From: Lama glama | Lineage: Eukaryota | Assembly (NCBI GenBank): GCA_028534125.1 | Contig: CM052832.1 | Location: 16,618,001 to 16,682,000, forward strand | Direction: 5' to 3' | DNA length: 64,000 nucleotides | In this document: positions 27,331 to 41,200 of the stretch, piece after piece | Layout of the letters: every line of letters starts with the position of its first letter | Numbering within the stretch: the stretch's first letter is position 1 | The notes under the pieces: generated by a model | The model's database searches: none | Seen by the model: only the letters and a program-made list of their open reading frames with translations | What the model was told of the DNA's origin: nothing | Position numbers and translations under genes: made by a program

Positions 27331-28669
27331 GGATAACTCTTTTTAAGTGCATAGATTTTAGAATTTTGCAACCTATTTTCTTCCCCTAATATAACATACT
27401 TAAAAAACCCCTCATGACCAGTTTTACATAGTATGTTTCTTTCTCATCATGATACTCTGATTATTAGCATTATTAAATCTTATTAATTCTTATTTTATTA
27501 TAATTAGTAGGGCAATCTAGATTTTTTATCTTCTAGGAGATGAGGAATTAGGTTGACTTTATTAGCTCTCTTTTTTAGTGGCTTTTTTTTTTTGGTTAAT
27601 TTATTGCCTTGATACCTACTATGGAAACCACCTTCTCCTTCATCCCTGCCTCAGACATCCTCTCTTGTCAGATGTACCTGTTTCTGCTAAAGTTCATTCT
27701 CAGAGTGGGGCTACTTGGTTTTCTCACAGTTGCCTGCACTTTTCTTTTCTCCTTACGTAGGTGAAAGCAAGAACCTATCTCTGCTTTATAACCACACACA
27801 TAATTAACAGAAGAAACAAAACGAACAATTCCTTTTTGATTCAAATCAATTTTTAATAACTCCATCCATTCTTTTCTATTACAGACGTCTTTTGTGAACT
27901 TTATATGAACTTTTATCTTTCGAGTATCATAATGATCTCATGGCCTTTACAGCCACAATTTACTGCAATGAACTATAATTACCATTCCTCCTCCTCATCT
28001 TCTTTCTTCTCATGCTCAATTGTCTCAGGATGAACAATGGAGATCCTTTAAATTGGCTCCTTTGTCCTTTATAGCACTTTCCTTGACATTCTTGAAGGCA
28101 TCCTGCCTTTCTGGCAACAAATGAACATTCAAGATCTGTCCTGAGTCTTTCCTTCCCTGAGACATGGAATCAGCTATCATTGGAGCCTTACTGATGGGTT
28201 CTAGTTTCTTTAAGTGAAAAATAGTATTTGAAACAAAAACAAGGTGCTGGGGGTCCACATGAGAATTGTGGTAAAAATCCTACCTCCCCTGTTGGCCACT
28301 TTTAAGATAGGCAATTACATGGAGTTTGTGAATTTAACATGATATGTGTTTTGTGTCTTATTTTTGTGAGACTGTGTGGACCATCAGCCACAAAGACGTT
28401 CAATGTCACCAGGAGACTGAAGGGGAGAAACACAGCCTGGACTAGGTTGTGTGCAAGAATGAAGTGGAGGGACATGCGGAGGCCAGTATAGATGTGGGCG
28501 AGGTTGGAGGGTGTGAATTGGGTAGCATTCATCTAAGGTGAGATTAGGAACCAGGGCCAGTTCACTGTGGAGATTCTGGAGTCATCAGATTGGGATAGGA
28601 TGAAGTGCTCAGTGATTTTTGCACCTGGCTAGGGCCTGTTTGAGCTGAGGGTGGGAACATATTCAACCC

Positions 28670-29101
28670 TGTTATGGGTTTAATTGTGTCCCCTCAAAAG
28701 ATATGTTGAAGTCCTAACCCATGGTACCTATGAATGTGATCTAATTTGGAAATAGGGTATTTACAGAGGTAATCAAGTTAACATGAGGTCATTAGGGTAG
28801 GTATTAATCCACAGGACTGGTGTCTTTATAAACAGGAGGAAATCTGGACATAGACACACACAGAGGGAAGACCATATAAAGACACAAGGATCATGTCATC
28901 TACAAGTCTAGGAATGCTTGAGGCTACCAGAAGCAAGGAGACTGGCATGGAAGGATGCTCACTCATGGTCCTCAGAGGGAACCAACTCTGTTGACACCTT
29001 GAGTTCAGACTTCTAGCTCCAGAATGGAGGGACAACAAATTTCCATTGTTGAAGCCACCCAGTTCGTGGCACTTCATGTGGCAGTTCTAGCAACTAATGC
29101 A
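28670..29101 (+). mobile_element. MLT1 (MaLR) solo LTR
   Basis: TGTTATGGGTTTAATTGTGTCCCCTCAAAAGATATGTTGAAGTCCTAACCC...TTTGGAAATAGGG...GAAGCCACCCAGTT...CTAATGCA. Confidence 0.8.
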
Positions 29102-29185
29102 GACCCTTTAACTTCACCTCCTTCACCTGACACCCCTCCAGCCTTTCTCCATCACCTGAGTTGTTGCCAGTTACCTGCAACTCAA

Positions 29186-29777
29186 TGCAACAGACTCTAA
29201 GATGTGGGTTCGTCACCAGTGGTGGGTTCTGGCCAGCAGAAGTCCCACTGAGACGGAATGAATTACTCAAGACTCTGGGGAAGTCAAGAGAGCGAGAGGG
29301 AGTCAGGAGCCAACTCCACGAGCCTCTCAAATCTCTCATATTTACTGAGTGCAGTCGAAGAAGGAATTTAGGGAAGGACAGGGTGGGATCACAATGAGTA
29401 CAAAGGCTTTGTTTATTGTTGGTATTTGGCTCAAGGTTAGAAGACCCTTTTTGGTGAATCATAATCGTGTTGAGCCTTTCAGCTTATCAGGGCGGAATGT
29501 ATGAGAATCAGCTGCTTGACAAGATTTTCCTGGACTCAGGCAGCTGTGCCTGTCTTAGGTTGCCCCCTCAGGGGATCTTACCTGTCATTGGCTAACCAGC
29601 CTTCTCACCTCCGAGTCTGCAGCTTCTTACCATTCCAGCCCAAGGCTGTTTTGGGGATAGAAGACTAACAGCAGGCACGCCCAGCGTTTACAGCTGGGGG
29701 CCTGGGTCATTGCTAAAACCTCGAGGCAGGTACTAAGCACATCTTCTTTAAGGAGGTAAGTGGCTGGGATTGTTACA
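29186..29777. mobile_element. Possible ERV solo LTR, unclassified
   Basis: About 590 bp bounded by TGCAACA...TGTTACA (near-inverted ends) with an internal minus-strand AATAAA; no clear TSD. Confidence 0.35.
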
Positions 29778-30855
29778 ATTTGTTAACCCAATCATGGGCT
29801 CCCACACTAAGATACTTTCTCGAGAGCAGGTTACATTATCCACTCATTTAACTATTAACATTGCACACTTACCACGTCTAGGTACTGGGGCTCCAGCAGG
29901 GAACATGACTCTTGGAGTCCTCTCCTCCTGGAACTTCTCCAGGCTACTGGGGAAGGAAGACACATCACATGGTTACACAAAGAATACTGAATCTAAAACA
30001 GTGATGTGCTAGAGAGCAGGGCAGCCCTGTGTGAGGCGCTGGGAGATGGTGGCGGGACAGGAAACTTCCAGGCAGAAGGAGCCGCAGTGGGGAGCCCTGT
30101 GGGGCAAAGCCTGGGGCATCTGCAGAACCAATGGAAGCCTGAGGGCCACAGAGAGGGGCTGAGGGGAGGTGCCAGGGCAGATCCTTGGGGCTTGTAGGCC
30201 CTCTTAGAGATCTGGGGTTCTATCCCTATCTGAAGAACCACGGGAATTCAGAGTTTAATGCAGGGGAGAACACATTCACCTTTTAAGATAATTTCTCTGA
30301 GTGGAGATGGGGCTGCAGGGGAGTGTGGGTGAGCTAAGGGGTAGATTTGGGTGACAGGGGAGCTTCAATAATGTGAGAAAAGGGTACCGTAAAGGGCTTC
30401 ACGTGTGCTGGGTGGGTGCTGACTCCAGCTGGGCCAGACACTTGGAGAGGAAATGACTCCTCAGATGGCTCCGCAGGGCCTGGCGCAGTGTGTGTGTTAA
30501 TGTACAGGGAGGGGCTTTTGTTTAATTACTAAATTTGTTTCCTGTTTGTGTCCTTCTTTCTCACACGGGGATCCTCACGGCCTCCAGCCTGGGTGGCTCC
30601 AGCCACCTCCTGATTGGCCACCTCCCCACAGGCCCTGTGTCCTCCAGCTCATCCTAAGGGTCAGCTCAAGCTGGGGAGAGGGGAGGATGGGGAGGTGTTG
30701 TTTAAAAGGCATAAAGGTACAGACTTTCAGATTTACAGGATGAAGAGAGCTATGGCCATGGAGGGTGATGATGGAGTGTGATGATGGCTGCACAGCAATG
30801 TGAATGGTTTTAGTATCACTGAACTGTACACTTAAAAAGGGTTAAGAAGGTAAAT

Positions 30856-30978
30856 TTTTTGGAAGGGGTGATTAGGTTTATTTATTTATTTATTATTTTT
30901 AATGGAAGTACTGGGGATTGAACCCAGGACCTCATGCATACTAAGCACACACTCTACGACTGAGCTATACCCATCCCC
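30856..30978 (-). mobile_element. Vic-1-type SINE
   Basis: Reverse head and TTTA tail; follows an L1 3' fragment. Confidence 0.85.
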
Positions 30979-31037
30979 TAGAGCTGACTTTTAAAAAAGT
31001 TATATTATATTAAAATACACATCATATAAAATTTACT

Positions 31038-31110
31038 CAGGGGAGGGTATAGCTCAGTGGTAAACACGTGCTTAGCATGCTTGAGGTCTTGGGTTCAATC
31101 CCCAGTACCT
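31038..31110 (+). mobile_element. Vic-1-type SINE, head only
   Basis: GGGGAGGGTATAGCTCAGTGGTAAACACGTGCTTAGCATGCTTGAGGTCTTGGGTTCAATCCCCAGTACC with no A tail; head-to-head with the previous copy. Confidence 0.8.
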
Positions 31111-34100
31111 TTCGGCTCTAGTCAGACCACTCCCCTAGCCAAGTATCGCTAGCACCAGAGCCTGGGGCTTGCACTGAAGGTTGTTCCCAAGTGGCCAGCT
31201 GCCCCTCTGGATGCTGACTTCCTCTGCTCCTCACCCTCATCCCCGGGCCTGGCTCTATGTTGGGGCACACAACACTGGTGGAATGTCTTTAGAACCAATG
31301 AATACATGCAAGCAAGCAGCAGGCCCCCTGCCCAGCCCTCGAGTCCATGGCCACCCAGCACCCTCGCACCTGTCATCCACCCTCCTCTTTCTCTGCTTAT
31401 TAAACGGTCCCTTCAACCACTGAGATTTGAGATTCCAGTTCTAGAGATTTGAACAAAACCTGGGGAATCTTGGGTGGTTCCTGGGGAGCAAAGCAGTGAA
31501 AGTTTGTTTGGTTTAGGGAAAAACTTAAGATATTGATTAATCTTTGATGCAAATATAACTTTAAATAAGTTTGTTAAAAATCTAAGGGCAACCACAAATT
31601 CCACTGGAACTTGAAGGTCCATATTTAAATCACTGGAAGAGCTGAAACAACCACACACAGAATAATCCTTTCAGTAAAAAACAGGAAAGAAAAAAAAATA
31701 CCCAGAAAATACAAAATATAGAGACATATAGCTTAATCTCTTTTAAACAGTACATTTGTGGAGAAAGTTGGGTCAGGATGTTTTTCAGTGGTTACTCCCT
31801 GGTGTTGGAGTTTCTCAGCTTTTTACTTTGTAACCACAGGCACCGTTTGAACTTTTTCAAGGAGCATAAATACAGGATACTAGATTTATAATGAAAGCAA
31901 AGAAACCAAAGCAACAAACAAGCCAACCTGTCTGCAAAGGACTCTTGTCCCCGAAATCTTTCTTGACCCCTCACTGAACTCCCCTTCCCTGTGCCTTTCT
32001 CGTGACATTGAATAATTATGGTTGTAACTACTATAACTAATGAGCCAGGCATAAACCCTCCAAACTTCAGTTTCCTAATCTGTAAAATGGGGATAGTCAG
32101 AGCTCCCATGTGATAAAATTGTTGAGATGACTCAATCAAATAATTGCATGTCAAATGCTGAGCATAGTATCTGGCACAATAACTCAATCAACTTTTGCTG
32201 CTGTTACCATGACTACAGTATACTTTAATTCCAAACAACCTTCAAAGGTAGGCATCATCAATATTAGAAATGATGAAAATAAGGCTCAGAGAGGTTTAGT
32301 AACTAGCCTAAAGTCACACAGCTAACAATGGGCCTCCTGGGAAGTGAGAGGAAGTTCATCACCCATGAGTGAAAACTGGTGAATTTGCACATAGTGAATG
32401 AGAGGACCATCTGGGGGAGAAATCACAGATGTGCTGAGGAAATTTGGGAATAATCAAATCCAATCCAAGGGTAACAACAGGAAGCATGTCTGGTTGGAGA
32501 CTATAACTCAGGAAGGAAAAACTGCTATCATGGTCCTGTGCCCCATCTGAGGAAGGAATGTGGCTGCAGCAGGGGGTGTCCTCTATGGGATTGAGGAAAG
32601 GGGGACCCAGGGGCCAAGAACTGTGAGCTGTTTAATTGCTCTCTGTGGGGAGACATGCTCATTCTGGCTATAAATATTCTTCCTGTTATAACCTACTTAT
32701 AATCAGCAACACTCAATGGCTATGATGTCAGGTGTATAATACACTGAACTCACAGTCATGCTCTATGTATCAAAAGGCGGGTGGAGAGAGGAACTGCTTA
32801 TGTCAGTTTGAGGAAAGAATATGTGTGCCACCTATTCCGTGATTACACTAGAATCTTTCCCTGACTTAAGCCAGACCAACAGCACAGGCACACAGATTGC
32901 TTTGCTCTGAGTGATTCTGCCTGAACACAGTACCACCAGCTGTCACAGGGACACTGGAAGAAATGAATAAAACTTTTGAAACTTGTACTTACAATAAGGA
33001 TGCGCTGAGATGCTGCTCACTTTATCACACCACTTCCATGGGGACCTCCTTATCTCAAGGGAAGCAACAGCCATGCATCTCCTAAGACTATGGACTCTTT
33101 TTACTTTGTGTATGTTGGGTGCCATGTAATGACTGTGTTTCCTTCTTTGAATTGGCTGCTAGAGAGCTCAGTTCCAAATTTGTGATCTCCCTCCCGGCAT
33201 GATGTTTATGCTAACCTCACTCTTGGTTTTGTCTGATTTTTCTAACTATTTATTTTCCCTAGTTGTAATTTTCTATTGTTTAAGCTATTTTCGATTATGA
33301 TTAAAACAACGCTGGTATAAATGAACACTATATTTATTCCAGGACTGGGGTTCATTGTGACCTGGATGAAATGTTCCCAAAATATCCACCTCTCCTGATT
33401 TTGATTTCTTGGTCACCAAGCAACATTCTGATTGGCAGTTGGCCTCCCCTTCTAGGAATCCTGCTACTAGGAGGTGGGGGCACCCTGGATTCCACCTCGG
33501 GAGCTAAACAGTCCCACACCAGAGATCCAGCAATATTTTGTGTCTGTCCCATTTTCTTTACTGGGAGTGGAGATTGTTCTAGAGCTCAGAAGGGAGCTTC
33601 CTGGGCAAACGCACAGTGCAGCCAATCCTCTTGCTTCATTTTATACAAGGCAAATCCATCTGTAATGCTTTCCGGGGGAAGATTAAGAGGAAGGAACCAG
33701 CACTAAGGAGAGTCAGAGAGTACCAGGCAGCTTACTGTATGAACATATTTCATTCTGGCAGTAGTAGCGGTTTACCTGGGGCAGGTTAGAGCAGCTTTCT
33801 CTCTCTTTTATTTATAAAATAGAGATAATAATATCGCCTCCCAATTTGCATGAATTAAATGAGATGACCCATGTAAATCATTTAGCACCATTGCTACAAC
33901 TATTGCCAAGACTCTAGCCATTATCATCGTTGTAATTCTATGAGGCGGGTAAGATTACTCACGTTTTGAAAAGGGCAAGTGGGGAAGCCCGCGCTCCTGT
34001 AAGTCCGCGGTCTTCCACTAGAGGGCAGGCTGAGGCAGGGGAATACCTGAAGGAGGCTCCCTTTTTCGTAGCTTTGTTAACCAGGAACCTGCGGTAACAG

Positions 34101-34369
34101 TGCGGAATGACAGCAAACATTGATGCTCTTGTTGAATAAGTGTGAGCCCCCAAAGTTCTAGAAGTACTAGCCAGGGCTCCATCTCCATCTTCCCTTCGCT
34201 CTGCCCCTGAAGTCACTGTTCAGTTCAAGGTCTCTTATAGTCTTTGTTTCTTTCCCTATGACTCACCGTGACGCCTAAATCTAAGTCAATAAATAAGTAA
34301 GAGACAGCATACTGAACCTTCCCCCCACCTCCCACCCAGGGCAACTCAGATTTCTCCTTTAGGCCGACT

Positions 34370-35260
34370 TAGACCCACGAGCTCATTTGATCTCCACCGC
34401 AATAATTCCGGTGACGACTCCGGCCTGGAGCCCTGCCCCTTCCCCCCCTTCCCCCCTCCCCCGCGTGCTCCACGTCCACCCCGCAGCTCCTATGCAGAAC
34501 CTTCTGGTAATTCAGGGGGCTTGGGGAAGGGGCGGTGCCCTTCCGGGTACAGGGCCGGCAGCAGGGAAACTGTAAAAACTTACCTTTAGGGAGCGGGGGT
34601 GCACCACAGCCAGGCACGGAATCCTGTCTACTGACTTCCTTTTCTCCCTGATTCAGACCTCCCGAGTCCAGGCCACCTCCCAAGCTTCTTCCCCAAACAC
34701 ACTCCAGTCTCCAGACCCAAGAAGCAGCTGCAGCCATCTCCGTGCTTCTACCTGAGGAGTTTTTGTTTTCCCGCCACGGGTAGCGAAGACACTCGGGACT
34801 GGGCGGGGGCTCGCACCGGGGCGGGGCCGGGCAGCCGTGGGCGGAGCTGGACCGCTGGGTGGCGCTGTTTCTCGCGGTGAGATACCGGGTCTTCCGTCGG
34901 CTGTTCTACCTGCCCGGCTCCGCTCCCTTGCCTCTTGCTTCTCCTTCCTCGCCGCTTCTTCTCCCTTGTTCTCCTTTTCTTTCCTTCCACTCTCACCCTC
35001 AACAGTTGAGGGTTTTAGCTGTGCTGGCCCAGGGCCCGGGGATTTTACCTTCTCTGAGGCGGCTGCTTAGAGGGCCTGTGACCCTGTGGGTGAGGCTGCG
35101 GTGTGAGGCCACGACGCGGACGACGAAGGACGAAACCGGGGTCTCCTCTCAGGTTGCTGCCTCGGGGAGTTCCAGGCGGGGCCCTCACGGCGAACACCCC
35201 GCCTGGAGGAGACGCGTGCTTGTGAGTTCGAGCACACACGGTTGCGTCCCTGTGCTTCTG
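34370..35260. promoter_or_regulatory. CpG island with promoter-type motifs
   Basis: CpG-dense against the CpG-depleted background; GC boxes (GGGGCGGGGC about 34817, GGGCGGGG about 34801, GGGCGG about 34838) and E2F-like TTTTCCCGCC about 34766. Confidence 0.7.
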
Positions 35261-35443
35261 TGCCCATCATAAAAGAGAATAGTGTATCTCTGCAGAAGGG
35301 GCTTGATCCATGAAGAATAAGGATTACCCTCAGGGCCTGGAGTATACTGACGTTTCCTGTTTTAATGATGTTTTCCACCACCTAAATACATTAGGAAACC
35401 CACTGAAGTGAGATATGTTCCTCATTAAAAACGACCCGGGTCA

Positions 35444-35530
35444 GGGGTGGGGTGGGTATAGCTCAGTGGTAGAGCGCATGCGCAAGGTCCTGGGTTCAAT
35501 CCCCCAGTACCTTCATTAAAAAAAAAAAAA
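35444..35530 (+). mobile_element. Vic-1-type SINE (internal deletion)
   Basis: GGGTATAGCTCAGTGGTAGAGCGCATGCGCAAGGTCCTGGGTTCAATCCCCCAGTACC plus A13. Confidence 0.85.
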
Positions 35531-36531
35531 GATCCAGTTAACTTCTCCCATAACTGCTAAATTGACTCTTTAGCTCCCCTCCCTGCTGAGGGCATATCCC
35601 TGAATTAATCCTCTAACATTCATCAGTTCAGATCTCTACGGTGACAGTCTGCAGGAACATTTCCATTCCTTGACTCTCCAGTGATTCTTAGCCCTTCACC
35701 AGCAAACCAGACCAGAAAACTGCAGTCTTGTGCCACAGACATTGGCTTGGATTGATCTCAAAGCACTTCCTCTTCAAAGGGCGATACTTTGAAAACTATG
35801 AACCTATTTTGTTAGTGACGATGGAACGAGATTTCTTGGGTGTCAAGTTCCAAATCTACCTACTGTAACTCAATGCACAGAGGAAAGAAGTGTATTGGTT
35901 CCCAGTTTTGAAAATGTACTATAGTACCTGAGATGTTACCATTACAATAAGCTGGGTGAAGAGTGCATGGGACATCTCTGTACTATTTTTGCAATTTTCT
36001 GTGAGTCTAGAATTATTTCAAAGCAAAAGAAGGAGGGAAGGAGGGAAAGAGAAAGAAGAAAAGGTGGAGAAAGAGGAGAGGCATTAAAAATATGTCCTTA
36101 GGGGAAAATTTGATAACATTAAGGAAAAGGGACTCTATTCCTGACATTTAGCTACGGCTCTATTGTGGCTTCCTGCTTTAGTGAACTGGATTAATGAACA
36201 TGTGTGGTTGCAATGACTTTGCCTAGACAAGAGGCAGGGATGTGTAGAAGCCCTCAGCCTGTCCTGTCACATGCCCCATGAGTCCCTCACTCTTGGGCCT
36301 CCCAAAGAGAGCCAAGTGTCCTTTATCAGCAGGCGGGGGCTCTGAATAATTCCTAAAGCACCAGCTTTAAAGAGTGATTCTGCCTGGAGCGACTGTCACG
36401 CATGTCTCCCTCAGGACTCCAGTAGGCTCACTGCAGCTGGTAGGTGGCTAATGGAGGTTTATAGGATGGAGATCTTGATTATGTCATCTTTAAAGACTTG
36501 ACCAACATCTGGCGTGGTCTGGAAGATGCCA

Positions 36532-37031
36532 NNNNNNNNNNNNNNNNNNNNNNNNNNNNNNNNNNNNNNNNNNNNNNNNNNNNNNNNNNNNNNNNNNNNN
36601 NNNNNNNNNNNNNNNNNNNNNNNNNNNNNNNNNNNNNNNNNNNNNNNNNNNNNNNNNNNNNNNNNNNNNNNNNNNNNNNNNNNNNNNNNNNNNNNNNNNN
36701 NNNNNNNNNNNNNNNNNNNNNNNNNNNNNNNNNNNNNNNNNNNNNNNNNNNNNNNNNNNNNNNNNNNNNNNNNNNNNNNNNNNNNNNNNNNNNNNNNNNN
36801 NNNNNNNNNNNNNNNNNNNNNNNNNNNNNNNNNNNNNNNNNNNNNNNNNNNNNNNNNNNNNNNNNNNNNNNNNNNNNNNNNNNNNNNNNNNNNNNNNNNN
36901 NNNNNNNNNNNNNNNNNNNNNNNNNNNNNNNNNNNNNNNNNNNNNNNNNNNNNNNNNNNNNNNNNNNNNNNNNNNNNNNNNNNNNNNNNNNNNNNNNNNN
37001 NNNNNNNNNNNNNNNNNNNNNNNNNNNNNNN
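36532..37031. other. Assembly gap (500 N)
   Basis: Run of N; true size unknown. Confidence 1.
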
Positions 37032-37494
37032 GCACATGCAAAAATCCCCAAATACATAGTAAATAATTAATACAGGAAAGAAACTCAGCTAAGTGTTCTG
37101 AAGTTGCACTAAAAGTGGGGAATGGGTGTTATACAGATTTTGTATTTTTAGATTCAGATATTTGTTCATGACAGTGTTGGTTGGAAGGGTTTTGTTTGTT
37201 CAGTATAACATTGATCTAATGATAATTTCCTTTAGTATTTTTTTAAGAAGAAAAACTAGCTATTAACCTTATCAGTTTGTTTAGAAGTAGAACCTGGTAT
37301 TTTTTAATTTCGTTAAACTTTGGTGGAGACTTTTGGTACTTTTAGATCCAGCCCTCATGTGCGGTTGTAATCTAAAATCTTAAGGCTTCTGCTGTCTCCG
37401 GTAACATATTTTTCTTATAGGCCATTTCATTAATAGCCAAAGGCAACTATAGCAGTTAAAGGAAAGAGATTTAATTGAAATTTTTAAGGTAACA

Positions 37495-37920
37495 CTATTT
37501 TTTTTGAGGTATAGTTGATTCACTATATTATATAAGTTTCAGGTGTACAATTTAGTAATTCACAATTTTTATAGGTTATTTTCCATTATAAAACATTGGC
37601 TATATTCTCTGTGTTGTACAATATTTCCTTGTAGCTTAATTATTTTATACATAGTAGCTTGTACTTCTTAATCCTCTCCCCCTGTCTCCCCTCTCCCCTC
37701 TTCCCTCTCCACACTGGTAACCACTAGTTTGTTCTCTATGTCTGTGCATCTGTTTCTTTTTTGTTATATTCACTAGATTTGTTTTATTTTTCAGATTCCA
37801 CATATAAGTGATATAGTATTTGTCTTTCTCTGACTTGTTTCACTTAATAATACCCTCCAAGTCCATTCATGTTGTTGCAAGTAGCAAAATTTCATTCTTT
37901 TTTATGGCTGAGTAGTATTC

Positions 37921-37956
<36 letters not shown>

Positions 37957-38270
37957 CACATCTGCTTTATCTAGTCATCTGTTGATGGGCACTAGGTTGC
38001 TTCCATATCTTGGCTATTGTAAATAATGCTGCTATGAACATCGGGGTGCTTGTATCTTTTAGAATTAGTGTTTTTGTTTTTTTCTGGTATATACCCAGGA
38101 GTGGAATTGCTGGGTCATATGGTTGTTCTATTTTTAGGTATTTGAGAAACTTCCATACTATTTCCACAGTGGCTGCACCATTCCCACCAACAGTGTAGGA
38201 GGGTTCCCTTTTCTCCACATCCTCACCAACATTTGTTATTTGTGTTCTTTTTGATGATAGTCATTTAGAC
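37495..38270 (-). mobile_element. L1 3' end containing a (TG)n microsatellite
   Basis: ORF 37967..38218 encodes L1 ORF2 C-terminal remnants ([12 protein letters not shown]...[11 protein letters not shown]...[16 protein letters not shown]); (TG)n at about 37924-37954. Confidence 0.9.
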
Positions 38271-41200
38271 TCCATTTTAAACTATAATGTAATGGAGGAA
38301 AATGTACATCTTAGGGTCAGTGAAGAAAAATGTTTATTGAATGCCAATTCTTTTTTTCCCAATTCTTGTTTCATATATTGCCCCCAAGATCCCTTTTCTC
38401 AAGGAAGTAAATTCTAGTGGAAGGAGACAGTGAACAAATAAAACAAAAGTTCAACTTGTGATCAGTTCCACAAAGTAAATAAAAATGATGATATATGGAA
38501 ACTAGAGTTAAGAGTTTTAGATAAACCACAGGAAAAGTCATGTCTAGGTTAGAAGAATAACTGTGTGTTATTAAGGTATCAAAGAATATCTTCTGTAGGG
38601 AGAATGATGAATCACTTTTGCTGGATAACTTCACCAGGCATTCTCTTTTATAAATATGGGGAGACTGAACCAGAATGTGCAGTCGTAGACATTCTTGTGA
38701 GAAGTGACACACCCAAACGGGCAAAAATCCTGTTCAGGCACAATTCTTTAAGGGGTATGCTTGCTCGGTCTCCTCAACCTGGCCAGCCTAGTAACAGCAA
38801 GTGCCAATTTGGGTCACTTGGATGTTGTACCACTTTTTAACAATAAATGCCTAAAAACATTCTCTAAACACTGGACTTCATAAAGAAAAAAGGAGGATTA
38901 GCTGGCCCTACATGCTGGAATGAGCTGTATACATTCACTGAAGAGATGACAAGCATCGATACGTGTAACAAATTACAAGTGTCATAATGAGTATGAGTAT
39001 AATGTGACTTGGAATCCACCCACCAAAGCTTGTAGTTCAAGGTCCCAGAAGTGGTCAGGGAGGGATTTCCCTTATTCTTTAAGGCTTCATTTTTCCCTTC
39101 GGGGTGTTTTTGCAGCATCTTTACCTTGTCCCTTTCTACCTTCAATACTGTCCAGAGACCAGATGATCGTGCATTTGTCTGGGTCCTCACAGGCAGGAAC
39201 CATGCCCTCCTTCCCAGCAGTACCTTGCAGAGGTGGCCACATTCTGGAGTTGGAGGCTACGTGATGAGATGAGGGAGGCTGACTCAGCAAAGCCTCTGTG
39301 CTTTTGGCAGAACTGCTGACCCAAAGGGACATGAGTGTCTTGAGGGTAATCAGTATGGACCAGTTGACTTTAAGAATTTCACTTATCCTATGTGTCCTTA
39401 TGCCTCTAACTTATGTACAGCCCCAGGATCTTTGGAGAGCAGCAAAAAGGACTAAGATTGAATTGCCCTCTAGTCCAACAGGAACAGAAATTATTTTAAG
39501 TGAAAGAAAATAAAATGCTTCAATAGGTCTTGCACGCTAAGGTTTCTAGGCTGAGTCATACAAGCTATGCTACTTACAGAGATTTCACCCTCTCTGCAAT
39601 TGCTCAGTTATCCTTGAGGCGCGGAAACAATACGCAGACTCCCTCAGCTAGAACTTGCGGCTCTAGTGATTCCTATGACATTGCACAAACCAAGACTGCA
39701 TAGGTGCTGCCCCCTTGAAGGCCAAGACAGATTCTGGAATTCTTTCTGCTTGCCAGTGCTCTTTAGTGAATGCTCAGCCCCAAATCCCAGCCTGGACTGG
39801 GAGAATTTTATGGTGAAGATCAGACTTTTTTTTAAGTGTTTGGTAACTAAGAGACCATGATCTCATGCATCACGAAGAAAAACACAGTTAATTAAATTAT
39901 GATATGCCATTGACTGTAAGATGTATTCCCATATGAGAGGTGTTGAATGTGAAAATTATTATATATCTTACATTTATGAAATATGATAAATGACTTCTGG
40001 TGAGTCACTTAACATTTCTGGGGCTTTGTTTCCTTATGAAATAGACAGATATACCATTCATTCATTCACCCAATCACTCTTCTTTCCTGGTATAAACTGA
40101 TACCCTTGCTACAGAGAGTTTCTTGAATCACAAACTTCCTTTTCCATCGCTGCTTCCATGGGAGGTCATTTTATTATTATTCTTCCACTCCCTACTTGTG
40201 CATAGGTTACGTGTTCTCAAACTCTTAGCACTAGAAAGGACCTACTGTAGTGTTTCCCTAGATGGAGTCTGTGGATGTATTCTTGGAAGTCCATCATGTC
40301 CATATGATATTTAGAAAGACTGTCATGTAAGTTAGGACCCTGTTTGGCTGGGATTACAGAAGGCTGCTTACCTGAGCTGCAGTACACTACTCGTCTCATA
40401 TGCAAAAGGTTGGGAGTAGCAGCCAGGGTGTAGAAAAGCCATCAGGGACCCAGGTGGTTTCTTTCCCCTGCTCCACTGTTAGCATGATGGTCTTCCCCTT
40501 CCAGTTTGTCTCCTCGATTTGCCAGACCTCCAGATCTCATACTTACCTTTCAGGCAGGAAGAAAAGCAGAGGGTGAAGGGGTGAAGGACCTTCTCCTGGT
40601 GAGCCTCTACCTTTTCACTTCAAGAGGGACACCATCCCCAGAGACTTCTGCCTCCACCCCACTGGCCAGAACCATGTCTCACCACCACACCTGGCTGCTA
40701 GGAAGACTGAGAAACTGGATATTTCCAGTTAGATGCATTGCCATCCCACACAAAACTTGGGTTCTCCAAGTACTAAAGAATAGGAGAATGGATTTTGGAT
40801 AGTGACTCGGTGTTTCTGCCACACATGTTTTCTTTAGATGATAATCTTTAAAATCTCCATAGTAAAATCTTTTCCTGGATTTTGTTGATGACCAATCTAA
40901 AACCAATATAAAGCTAACAGAAATGATGAGTCTTTATAATTGTCACAGGTTAGCAAGAATAGAACAAGGACTGTCTTAGAATTTGAATGATGCCTTTGCC
41001 TTAATCTGAAGGCCAGATAATCTCACAGCTCAGTGAGAGAATGAAGTCTTGAGAGCTGGCGCAGGGAAAGCCCATGGAAAGGAGATTTGTTTAACTATGC
41101 TGTAGGAATTAATACCATGTCAGTGTTGGGAGCAAATAATTCTTTAGCAAAAAAAATCATGCATCATATTAAATTACCACTGTAATCTGTAATTTTAGTG

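Noticed and set aside
36240..36531. DVGQVFKDDI peptide next to the gap, faintly like SET/TSPY EVIKDDIW
   Set aside because: Match too short, flanking residues disagree, and the sequence is cut by the gap.
36459..37070. Long ORFs made of X
   Set aside because: Artefacts of the 500-N gap.
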